Origin: a bacterium UBP2_UBA5202
Lineage (GTDB): Bacteria; Edwardsbacteria; AC1; EtOH8
DNA: 64,000 nucleotides
NCBI GenBank assembly: GCA_002412795.1
Contig: DHVS01000038.1
Coordinates: 4 to 64,003 of the forward strand
Direction: 5' to 3'
Below, piece by piece: positions 28,131-36,597 of this stretch. Each line of letters opens with the position of its first letter. Position 1 is the stretch's first letter. The notes under the pieces were generated by a model that had not been told where the DNA came from, did no database searches, and was given only the letters and a program-made list of their open reading frames with translations. Both the position numbers and the translations under genes were made by a program.

Positions 28131-28229
28131 CCGTTAGTGAAGCCGATACGATAAGGCACCTAATGGGACGCGGATTTATTTTTAGGGTAGGCACTTTCCT
28201 GGCAGGAGAGGGAAATTTAATGAGGGCGT

Positions 28230-28766
28230 ATGAAATATTTCAAAGTATTTTTATCGTTGGTCATTGTCACTACTGGTTGTGCCAGCACAACCCGGAGAGT
28301 GACCCCAGCAAAAATTGAGTTGACGGAAACATTAATTGTTGAACAGCCTAAGGAAAATAAAATAAGTCAAGAGGCTTTTATAATAAAGGTTTCTGAATTA
28401 AAAGGGAAAATAAGGATTTTAAACAGCAGGCAGTCCAATTCGCAAATATTATCAATAAATGACCAATTAGATTCTTTAGTCGTTAGCGAAGATCTGGCAC
28501 GTGATAGGTCAATCAATAAAGGATTGGGGTGGGGTCTTGTTGCCGGCATTTTACCAGCGCCTTTTATTTATGTGAAAGAAAACGGCACTGAATTTGGGAG
28601 TTTAATATCAGTGGTTTCCATATCGTCTTTGATTTGGTTAGGTACTACTACCGGTTGGTTGATTGGTCAGCATAAATGTAAATACATTCAAAAAAGGACT
28701 TATCAAAAACTCATAGACATAATTAACGAGCACAACAGTTTGGTTGGTTGGCAAAATAAACCATAA
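28230..28766 (+). CDS. AT-rich hypothetical lipoprotein
   Basis: Signal peptide with an IVTTGC lipobox. The gene is low-GC and sits between two hydrogenase membrane-subunit genes. Confidence 0.45.
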   Translation: MKYFKVFLSLVIVTTGCASTTRRVTPAKIELTETLIVEQPKENKISQEAFIIKVSELKGKIRILNSRQSNSQILSINDQLDSLVVSEDLARDRSINKGLGWGLVAGILPAPFIYVKENGTEFGSLISVVSISSLIWLGTTTGWLIGQHKCKYIQKRTYQKLIDIINEHNSLVGWQNKP

Positions 28767-28797
28767 AGCATCATAATTCGTAATTTCAGATAAACAT

Positions 28798-30846
28798 ATG
28801 AGCCTTCAATTCATCATACTCCTTTCCATGGGCTGGCTGCTGGCCGGCGCGGCCATTACCCTGGCCATGCCCTACTCCCGGCGGACCATCGGCTGGGTCT
28901 CGCTCTTCTTCCAGACCCTGGCGGCGGGCGGGTTCGGCTACGTGGCCATCCAGGTGCTGGCCCACGGGACCTTCAGCCTGGACAAGCCTCTGTTCTCGGT
29001 GGCGGGGCTGGGGGCGGCCTTCCTGCTTAAGGTGGATGCGCTGTCGGCCATCTTCCTGCTGGCCATCACCATCGTCTCCTGGGCGGCCGGGCTGTACTCG
29101 GTGCAGTACATCAAGCATTACAAGGAATCGCTGGGCCGCTACTACCCGCTGTTCCTGCTGTTCCTGCTGGGGATGTACGGGGTGGTGGTGGTGCGCGACC
29201 TGTTCTTCTTCATCGTCTTCTGGGAATTCATGACCCTGACCTCTTATGGATTAGTGGTGTTTGAATGGGGCAACAAGCAAAGTGTCAACGCCGGTTTCAA
29301 GTATTTTTTAATGACCCACATCGGCACCGCCGGCATCATCATCGCCGCCAACACGCTGTACCACTATTCGCAGTCCTTCGACTTTGAGGCCCTGCGCCCG
29401 GTGATGGCCCTGTTGAGCAGCGAGAACCCGGCCCTGCTACACACTATCTTACTATTGTTCTTCGTGGGCTTCGCCACCAAGGCCGGCGTCTTTCCCTTCG
29501 GCGACTGGCTGCCCGACGCCCACCCGGCGGCCCCGGCCCCGGTCAGCGCCATCCTTTCCGGGGTGATGATCAAGATGGGCATCTACGGGATCCTGCGGGT
29601 CTTCCTGGGCATGCTGCCGGTGTCGGAGTTCTCCCATACTTGGGGCTACATCTTCGTGATCTTCGGCACGGTCTCGCTATTCATCGGCACCATGACCGCC
29701 ATGTTCCAGCACGACGCCAAGCGGGTGCTGGCCTTTCACTCCATCGGCCAGAACGGATACATCATGCTGGCTTTAGGGGCCGGGCTGATGCTGACCCGGA
29801 TCTCGCCGGCTTTGGCCACGGTGGCCATCATAGCCGGGCTGTTCCATTTGATAAACCACGCCGCCTTCAAGTCGCTGCTGTTCCTTACCGCCGGCTCGCT
29901 GCAATATAAGACCGGCCACCGCGACCTGGACAAGATGGGGGGCCTGGCCAAATACATGCCATGGACCGCGGCCGTGGCCCTGATCGCCGCCATGGGCATC
30001 TCCGGCATCCCGCCCTTCAACGGCTTCGCCAGCAAGTGGCTGATCTACCAGTCCACCATCAACGCCGGGTTCAACACACCCATCCTGCTTTTATGCGGAC
30101 TGATCGCCCTGTTCACCAGCCTTTTGACCCTGGCCAGCGTGATGATCAAGTACATCGGTCTGGCCTTTCTGGGCCAGCGTCTGCCCAACAATAAAGAGGT
30201 CAACAGCGATGTGCCCCGCTCCATGATCTGGGCCCAGGGGATCCTGGCGGCGGTGGTCATCCTGGAGGGTGTGCTGGCCGGATTCATCGTCCGCGGCCTG
30301 TACACGGCCGCTTCCGGGCTTTTGACCCCGGATTACTGGCCGCAGTTCTCTTCGCTGTTCCATACCGTCAACCTTGGCCTCCGTCTTAATTTTGGCGAGG
30401 GGCTGGTGGGTTTCTATAATCCGTTGTTCCTGCTGATCATATTAACCGGGCTGGCTTTGATCGCGGTGCTGTTCTGGTGGTCGGGCGGGGCCAAGCGCAA
30501 GGTGGTCTCCGAACTGTGGTACTCAGGCGAACTGCAGTCCCCGGCCTCGGTGCGCTATTCCTCCTACAGCTATTTCAAGACCTTCAAGCAGAATTTCAAC
30601 ATCCGGATCGGCAAGTACACCCAGGAGGGAGTCTATCCCAAATGGCCGACCATCAAGTTCAAACGGCCGTTCAAGATCAAATATCTGCTGGACGTGGACA
30701 GCTGGCTGTACCGGCCCCTGGCTTTCATTGGTCACAAGGCGCTGGAGATCTTCGCCGGAACCCACAGCGGGTTCCCCCAATGGTATCTGCTGTGGATGGT
30801 GATCGGCGCGGCCGCGGCCATGCTGGTGATGTTCTTGGTGCGCTAA
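28798..30846 (+). CDS. Large antiporter-like membrane subunit (HyfB / NuoL / MnhA-like)
   Basis: A 682-aa protein of the NuoL/HyfB family (conserved WLPDAHPAAPAPVSA region). Confidence 0.85.
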   Translation: MSLQFIILLSMGWLLAGAAITLAMPYSRRTIGWVSLFFQTLAAGGFGYVAIQVLAHGTFSLDKPLFSVAGLGAAFLLKVDALSAIFLLAITIVSWAAGLYSVQYIKHYKESLGRYYPLFLLFLLGMYGVVVVRDLFFFIVFWEFMTLTSYGLVVFEWGNKQSVNAGFKYFLMTHIGTAGIIIAANTLYHYSQSFDFEALRPVMALLSSENPALLHTILLLFFVGFATKAGVFPFGDWLPDAHPAAPAPVSAILSGVMIKMGIYGILRVFLGMLPVSEFSHTWGYIFVIFGTVSLFIGTMTAMFQHDAKRVLAFHSIGQNGYIMLALGAGLMLTRISPALATVAIIAGLFHLINHAAFKSLLFLTAGSLQYKTGHRDLDKMGGLAKYMPWTAAVALIAAMGISGIPPFNGFASKWLIYQSTINAGFNTPILLLCGLIALFTSLLTLASVMIKYIGLAFLGQRLPNNKEVNSDVPRSMIWAQGILAAVVILEGVLAGFIVRGLYTAASGLLTPDYWPQFSSLFHTVNLGLRLNFGEGLVGFYNPLFLLIILTGLALIAVLFWWSGGAKRKVVSELWYSGELQSPASVRYSSYSYFKTFKQNFNIRIGKYTQEGVYPKWPTIKFKRPFKIKYLLDVDSWLYRPLAFIGHKALEIFAGTHSGFPQWYLLWMVIGAAAAMLVMFLVR

Positions 30847-30947
30847 ACCGGGGAAACCGGTTGAAAAGGTTGGACGAACATACGGTTGAAGATGTTGAAA
30901 AAGTTGATGTGTCGTTCTGATGAAAATGGTGAGGTGATTGAAAAAAC

Positions 30948-31367
30948 ATGACGGTTAAGAGATTTGAGGATCTGAAAATCTGGCAACAGGCCAAAGAGCT
31001 GGCCAACTTGATTTATGATTTAACCGGAACAAACGCTTTCAAAGGCGACAGGAGTCTTACAGATCAATCCCGCCGGGCGGCAGTTTCGGTAATGGCCAAT
31101 ATTGCCGAGGGATTTGAGAGAGGCAGCAACAAAGAATTCATTCAGTTTTTGTTTATTGCAAAAGGTTCGTGCGGAGAACTGAGAAGCCACCTGATATTAG
31201 CTCAAGACCGCTGTTATATAACCCCGGTACAACATACGCAAGCCAGAGAAATGGCTTTAGGGATTTCCACGATGGTGTATAACTTCATCACATATTTACA
31301 AAACACTAAAGTTAAAGGCAAGAGGTGCCAAACCTCTTCAACAATTTCAACAAAAGCAACATCTTAA
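30948..31367 (+). CDS. Four-helix-bundle protein (IVS/Avd-like), copy 2
   Basis: The same family signature as copy 1 (IWQQA...RAAVSVMANIAEGFERGS). Confidence 0.8.
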   Translation: MTVKRFEDLKIWQQAKELANLIYDLTGTNAFKGDRSLTDQSRRAAVSVMANIAEGFERGSNKEFIQFLFIAKGSCGELRSHLILAQDRCYITPVQHTQAREMALGISTMVYNFITYLQNTKVKGKRCQTSSTISTKATS

Positions 31368-31382
31368 ACATTCAGGGATACA

Positions 31383-33062
31383 ATGACCAAACAGGAAATC
31401 CTTTCTTTACTAAAGGCCAAGCTGGGCGCCGGATTCATCGCCCACACCGAGCCTATCCCCGACCAGCTGTGGGTGGAGGTCAAGCCCCAGGCCTCGGTCC
31501 AGGCCGTGGAACTGCTGCACCGCACCACCAAGGCCCGCTATTTAGTGAGCGTGGGCTCGGACGAGCGGGAGCTTAAAAAGCGCTTCGGGGTCTACCACCT
31601 GTTCAGCTTTGACAAGGAGCACTTCTTCGTCACCATCGACGTCTCGGCCGATCCCCACCAGCCGGTGCTTCCCTCCATCACCAATGTCATCGCCGGGGCC
31701 AACTGGTCGGAGCGGGAGATCCGCGACCTTTTGGGAGTGCAGTTCGAGGGCCATCCCGATCCCCGGCGCCTGGTGCTGGCCGATGACTGGCCGAACGAGG
31801 TCTATCCGCTGCGCCGAGATTTTGACTACAGTTCCAAGCCGCCCTCCAACCCGGAGAACGCCTATCCCTTCAAGGACAATCCGCCCAACACCACGGTGGT
31901 GGCCATGGGCCCGTATTTTCCGGTGTTCGAGGAAGCCACCTATTTCCGGCTGTACGTCGAGGGCGAGAAGGTGGTGGACGTGGACTACCGCGGCTTTTAC
32001 GCCCACCGGGGGATAGAAAAACTGGGCGACGCCTCGCTGACCTACAACCAGATACCATTCATCGCCGAGCGGATCTGCGGCATCTGCGGCTTTGTGCACA
32101 ACGTCTCCTTCTGCAAATTAGTGGAGCACGCGGCCGGGATCAAGGTCCCGCGCCGGGCCGACTATATAAGAACCATCATGCTGGAGCTGGAGCGGATCCA
32201 TTCCCACGCCCTGTGGCTGGGGGTGGCCGGGCACATCATCGGCTTTGACACCGTGCTGATGCAGACCTGGCGGATGCGGGAGCCCATCATGTGGCTGTGC
32301 GAAAAGCTGACCGGAAACCGCAAGACCTACGGCATGAACCTGATCGGCGGGGTGCGCCGGGACATCACCAAAGCCCAGGTGCCCGAGGTCCGCAAAAAGA
32401 TCGACGCCATGGACAAGGAATGGCAGGCGGTGCTGGACGCCGTCAAGGACGACACCACATTAAGAATGAGATTAGAGAAGGTGGGGATCCTCAACCGCGA
32501 GCAAAGCCACGAGTGGGCGGCGGTGGGCCCGGTGGCCCGGGCGGCCGACATCGACATGGACTCCCGCAAGGACCATCCCTACTGCGCCTACGACGCGGTG
32601 GATTTCAAGGTGATCACCGCCGACACCAACGACGTCTGGGGCCGGACCGTGGTCCGGATCCTGGAGACCATAGAATCGTTCAAGATCGTCCGCCAGTGCC
32701 TGGACGCTTTAATGGAACTGCCGGAGGGCGACATCATCACCGAGATCCGGGACGAGATCCCGGCCGGCCGGATAGCCATTTCCGCTGTCGAGGCGCCCCG
32801 GGGCGAGGATGTCCATTTCCTTTTAACCGGCGGAGACAACCGGCCCTACCGCTGGCGGGTGCGGTGCCCAACCTACCCCAATCTGCCCACCGTGCAGGTG
32901 ATGGTCAAGGGCGAACAGGTGGCCGACGTCCCGATCATCCTGGGCTCCATAGATCCCTGCTTCAGCTGCACCGAGCGGATGGAGGTGGCGGACGTCAACA
33001 CCGGGAAGATCAGGGTTTACTCACAGGAAGAACTGTTTAACTGGACAAAACGCAAGGCTTGA
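31383..33062 (+). CDS. hycE: Group-4 [NiFe]-hydrogenase large subunit fused to a NuoC-like domain (HycE/HyfG-type)
   Basis: The N-terminus resembles the NuoC 30-kDa subunit. The NiFe ligand motifs RICGICGFVH and DPCFSCTER are present. A C-terminal extension follows the second motif, consistent with HycI processing. Confidence 0.9.
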   Translation: MTKQEILSLLKAKLGAGFIAHTEPIPDQLWVEVKPQASVQAVELLHRTTKARYLVSVGSDERELKKRFGVYHLFSFDKEHFFVTIDVSADPHQPVLPSITNVIAGANWSEREIRDLLGVQFEGHPDPRRLVLADDWPNEVYPLRRDFDYSSKPPSNPENAYPFKDNPPNTTVVAMGPYFPVFEEATYFRLYVEGEKVVDVDYRGFYAHRGIEKLGDASLTYNQIPFIAERICGICGFVHNVSFCKLVEHAAGIKVPRRADYIRTIMLELERIHSHALWLGVAGHIIGFDTVLMQTWRMREPIMWLCEKLTGNRKTYGMNLIGGVRRDITKAQVPEVRKKIDAMDKEWQAVLDAVKDDTTLRMRLEKVGILNREQSHEWAAVGPVARAADIDMDSRKDHPYCAYDAVDFKVITADTNDVWGRTVVRILETIESFKIVRQCLDALMELPEGDIITEIRDEIPAGRIAISAVEAPRGEDVHFLLTGGDNRPYRWRVRCPTYPNLPTVQVMVKGEQVADVPIILGSIDPCFSCTERMEVADVNTGKIRVYSQEELFNWTKRKA

Positions 33063-33287
33063 TGGAAATGTCCGGCAGGAAGCAACGATGACGATGGAGA
33101 AGCAATAATATAAGCAGGGCAACGTTGGAGAGGTCCAACAGGGAGGCAGGCAACGATAAACGTTCCATCGTTGAGCGGCTTCCAAAGCAAGACTTCTCAA
33201 ACATTGCAATACCGGAAATATGGCATCTCCATCAAATAAAGTTAAGAAGAACAGATCTTTTTATAAATAATACAAGTTAAAAGCGAT

Positions 33288-34187
33288 ATGCAGTCATTAG
33301 TAAAAATGATCATCATGGTGGCGCTGCTGCTCTTCGTCTCGCCGCTGCTGGAAGGCATCCTGCGCAAGTTCAAGGCGCTGGTGCATTCCCGGATCGGGCC
33401 GCCGTTGTTGCAGCCGTACTGGGACATCCTTAAGCTGCTGGGCAAGGACGACGTCCGCTCGCCCCACTCCTTTCTGGGGCCGCTGCCGGCCTTTCTGGGC
33501 CTGGCCGCCATCCTGGCCGCCGGCCTGCTGGTGCCGCTGGGAAACAGCGCGCCCTTCGCCAGCGGGGACCTGTTCCTGTTCCTCTACCTGATCAGCTTCG
33601 CCTCGGTCTGCGTGATGCTGGCCGGCATGGACTCAGGCTCGCCCTACGGATTTTTGGGCACCGCCCGGGAGATGATGACCTCTTTCGTGGTGGAACCGGT
33701 GCTGTTCATCGCCCTGATCACCGTGGCCATCAAGACCCACAACTTCCGTTTCTCCGACATGGCGGCCTACCAGCAGATCTCCGGGGCCTCGCTTTCCACC
33801 ATCATCTCCGGGCTGGCCCTGTTCCTGGGGATCCAGGCACAGCTTTCCAAACTGCCGTTCGACATCCCCGAGGCCGAGGGCGAGCTGATGGGCGGCACCT
33901 TTGCCGAGATGTCCGGCCCGACCTTTGCCCTGTACCGCTGGGGCTTCATCGCCAAACAGGTGATATTCTCCATGATCCTGGCCCAGCTGTTCTTCCCCTG
34001 GCCGTTGGGGTTGGTTGGCCTGTGGGCGGTGGTGGCCCAGATAGCCAAAGTGATCCTGATCGTGGTGCTGGTGGGGCTGATAGACGCGGTCAACCCCCGG
34101 CTACGGATAGACCAGGCGCTCGTTTATTACTTCGGGGTTATTCTGATGGCGATCGTCGGTTTGGTCTTTGCGCTGGTCGGAGCCTGA
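33288..34187 (+). CDS. hycD: NuoH/HycD-like membrane subunit (formate hydrogenlyase subunit 4 family)
   Basis: A 299-aa, 8-TM protein with the complex I subunit-1 family N-terminus (...EGILRKFKALVHSRIGP). Confidence 0.85.
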   Translation: MQSLVKMIIMVALLLFVSPLLEGILRKFKALVHSRIGPPLLQPYWDILKLLGKDDVRSPHSFLGPLPAFLGLAAILAAGLLVPLGNSAPFASGDLFLFLYLISFASVCVMLAGMDSGSPYGFLGTAREMMTSFVVEPVLFIALITVAIKTHNFRFSDMAAYQQISGASLSTIISGLALFLGIQAQLSKLPFDIPEAEGELMGGTFAEMSGPTFALYRWGFIAKQVIFSMILAQLFFPWPLGLVGLWAVVAQIAKVILIVVLVGLIDAVNPRLRIDQALVYYFGVILMAIVGLVFALVGA

Positions 34188-34243
34188 GGCATTTACAATT
34201 CGGGATTTACCATTTGGAAACTTTCCGGTGGAGAGAAGAGTAA

Positions 34244-34657
34244 ATGGCGACTTTTAAGAAATTTGAAGAAGTGGATATTTGGATAAAAGCGCGTGAATTG
34301 ACCAAGCGGATTTACGAAGCCTCTCGCAAAGGGGCTTTTGCCAAGGATTATTCTTTGGGCGACCAGATGAGGCGGGCATCGGTGTCGATCATGTCAAATA
34401 TTGCCGAGGGTTTTAATCGTGGCGGGAACAAAGAGCTTGTCCAATATTTGGCAATCGCCAAAGGATCTGCGGCAGAGATACAAAGCCAGTTATATGTCGC
34501 ACTTGACCAACAGTATATACCCAAAGAAGTATTTAACGATTTGTACAATTTAACAGACCAAATTGCAGCCGGAATATTTTCTTTTATAATTTATCTCAAT
34601 AAAAGCAATATCAAAGGGATAAAATATAAATACGCCCAAATTCCAAATGGTAAATAA
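34244..34657 (+). CDS. Four-helix-bundle protein (IVS/Avd-like), copy 3
   Basis: Family signature (DIWIKA...[19 protein letters not shown]). Confidence 0.8.
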   Translation: MATFKKFEEVDIWIKARELTKRIYEASRKGAFAKDYSLGDQMRRASVSIMSNIAEGFNRGGNKELVQYLAIAKGSAAEIQSQLYVALDQQYIPKEVFNDLYNLTDQIAAGIFSFIIYLNKSNIKGIKYKYAQIPNGK

Positions 34658-34679
34658 ATAGCAGGAAAGAATTGCTAAC

Positions 34680-35135
34680 ATGATCATATCCAAATTGAAA
34701 GAGGCATTGATCTGCTTCAAGAACCTGAGGGTCACCTTTCCCTATCCCCTGAAGCGGAACATCGAGGCCCTTCCGGTGGAGGGCTTCCGGGGCAAGTTGA
34801 CCATAGACGTGTCCAAGTGCATCGGCTGCGCCGGCTGCGCCAACGTCTGCCCATCGCGGCTGATCATCGTCACCGACAAGAAGGCGGTGCGCCGGCTGGA
34901 CTTTTACCTGGAGCGCTGCACTTACTGCGGGCGCTGCGCCGACGTCTGCCCGGAGAAGGCCATCACCATGACCCAGGAGTTCGAGACCGCCACCAACGAC
35001 GTCCACAACGACATGCACATCAGCGCCGAGGTCTACATGGGAACCTGCCAGCGCTGCGGAAGATGTTTCGAGACCCAGACCATCCTGGACAAGATGATGA
35101 CGGTGGGGTTCCGGAACAACCAAACTACCGAATAA
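34680..35135 (+). CDS. hycF: 2x[4Fe-4S] ferredoxin subunit (NuoI/HycF-like)
   Basis: CIGCAGCANVCP and CTYCGRCADVCP motifs in a 151-aa protein. Confidence 0.85.
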   Translation: MIISKLKEALICFKNLRVTFPYPLKRNIEALPVEGFRGKLTIDVSKCIGCAGCANVCPSRLIIVTDKKAVRRLDFYLERCTYCGRCADVCPEKAITMTQEFETATNDVHNDMHISAEVYMGTCQRCGRCFETQTILDKMMTVGFRNNQTTE

Positions 35136-35145
35136 ACCACAAAGA

Positions 35146-35202
35146 CACAAAGGCACTATTTTCGTAATCGTAAATTATTTTGTGTCTTAGTGCCTTAGTG
35201 GT
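35146..35202. promoter_or_regulatory. Inverted-repeat motif ACACAAAGGCACT...AGTGCCTTAG in the hycF / hyfE-like gap
   Basis: It recurs at 40635-40685, and in degenerate form at 26353-26378. Confidence 0.4.
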
Positions 35203-35221
35203 GAAAATAATAAGGAAGAAT

Positions 35222-35884
35222 ATGGGTGATCTAATCACAACCTTAATGGTCTGCCACTTCATAGCCTCGGTGGGCGCGGCCGAGATCAGGAATCTGAAGA
35301 CCTCCACCATTTTCCTGATGCTGCAGTCCCTGCTGCTGGCCCTGATCATCGCGGCCTTTGCCGGGCGCAGCCAGAACTACTCGCTTTACTGGTGGGTGGC
35401 CCTGACCGTGGTCACCAAGGTCATCATCATACCCGGGCTGCTGTGGGTCCACATCAAGAAGACCCAGGTGATGGAGATAAAACCGCTGGTCAGCTTTGTG
35501 GTCTCGTTCATAGTGCTGGCCATCTTCCTGGTGGCCTTCTACCAGATGGTCCACACCTACGCCGGCTTCGTGGCCCCCACCGCGGCGGCGGCGGTGGAAC
35601 CGGCCCGCTCGGCCCTGGCCCTGTCATTCACCATCTTCGTGCTGGGCCTTTACGTGCTGGTGATCCACCGGGACGCGGTCAAGATCATCATCGGCCTCCA
35701 TTTAATAGAGAACGGCGTCCACCTGGCCCTGGTGACCTTGGTTCCCCAACTGCCGGTATCCACGGTCTTCGGGATTGTATCCAATGTGGTGTTTGCCGCG
35801 GTGATGCTGCTTTGGCTGACGGATAATATTTACAAGGCCTTCGGGTCCTCCGACACCATGAAACTTTCCAGCCTTAAGGGCTGA
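35222..35884 (+). CDS. HyfE-like small membrane subunit of group-4 hydrogenase (NuoK-like fold)
   Basis: A 220-aa, 6-7 TM protein placed between hycF and another antiporter-like subunit. The start is at MGDL, with an AGGAAG RBS. Confidence 0.6.
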   Translation: MGDLITTLMVCHFIASVGAAEIRNLKTSTIFLMLQSLLLALIIAAFAGRSQNYSLYWWVALTVVTKVIIIPGLLWVHIKKTQVMEIKPLVSFVVSFIVLAIFLVAFYQMVHTYAGFVAPTAAAAVEPARSALALSFTIFVLGLYVLVIHRDAVKIIIGLHLIENGVHLALVTLVPQLPVSTVFGIVSNVVFAAVMLLWLTDNIYKAFGSSDTMKLSSLKG

Positions 35885-35953
35885 TCCGGTTCCCGCTGGA
35901 CGGTCCGGCCTGGGTCAATAAAGAACGTTTAACGTTTGAAAGGAGCCCGGCAA

Positions 35954-36430
35954 ATGACAGACAAAAATATCCTTAAAAACATCTCGCTGTTTTCCGATTT
36001 TTCAGATAAGGAGATCGAGAAGATGGCGGCCCTGTTTTCCGAACGGTCATTCAAGGAAAACGAAGTGCTGATCCCGGAGCAGTCCGAAAACCTCGAGCTG
36101 ATGATCCTTTTGGAGGGCAGCGTGGCGGTGGAGGTGGGACTGAGCCTTTCGGCCAGCGCCGAAAAACTGATGCTGACCTCCGAGGATTCCCCCGGCCGGA
36201 TCATCGAATGGTCCTCGGCCATCGACACCACCAAGAGCGGCGGCACCGCCTCGGCCCGGGCCCTAAAGCCCACCAAAGTGCTGGTGGCCGACGGGCAGGA
36301 ACTGGTAAACCTCTTCAAGTCGGAGAAGGAGCTGGGCTACAAGCTGATGCATAGAATCCTGCTGGTTATAGCCTCCCGGCTGAAGGACACCAGGCTGCAG
36401 CTGATCAGCATGGCGGCCCAGTGCCGGTAA
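35954..36430 (+). CDS. Cyclic-nucleotide-binding (cNMP) domain protein without a DNA-binding domain
   Basis: The Crp/PKA-like effector-domain pattern (FSDFSDKEIEKMAALFSERSFKENEVL... GE.AL) is present and there is no HTH. The start is MTDKN, preceded by an AAAGGAG RBS. Confidence 0.6.
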   Translation: MTDKNILKNISLFSDFSDKEIEKMAALFSERSFKENEVLIPEQSENLELMILLEGSVAVEVGLSLSASAEKLMLTSEDSPGRIIEWSSAIDTTKSGGTASARALKPTKVLVADGQELVNLFKSEKELGYKLMHRILLVIASRLKDTRLQLISMAAQCR

Positions 36431-36597
36431 CTGAGAACGTCATCGCGAGAAGGGCAGGCAATGTGACGAATGAAGCGATCTAACTGTAAACAAGTCAGAT
36501 TACTTCGTTTGTCCGGCAAGTTGTCATACTCGCAATGACATGGTGCAATGATAATAGTTTTGAAAACAGTACAAAAGCAATAAAATAGAGATTTCAT

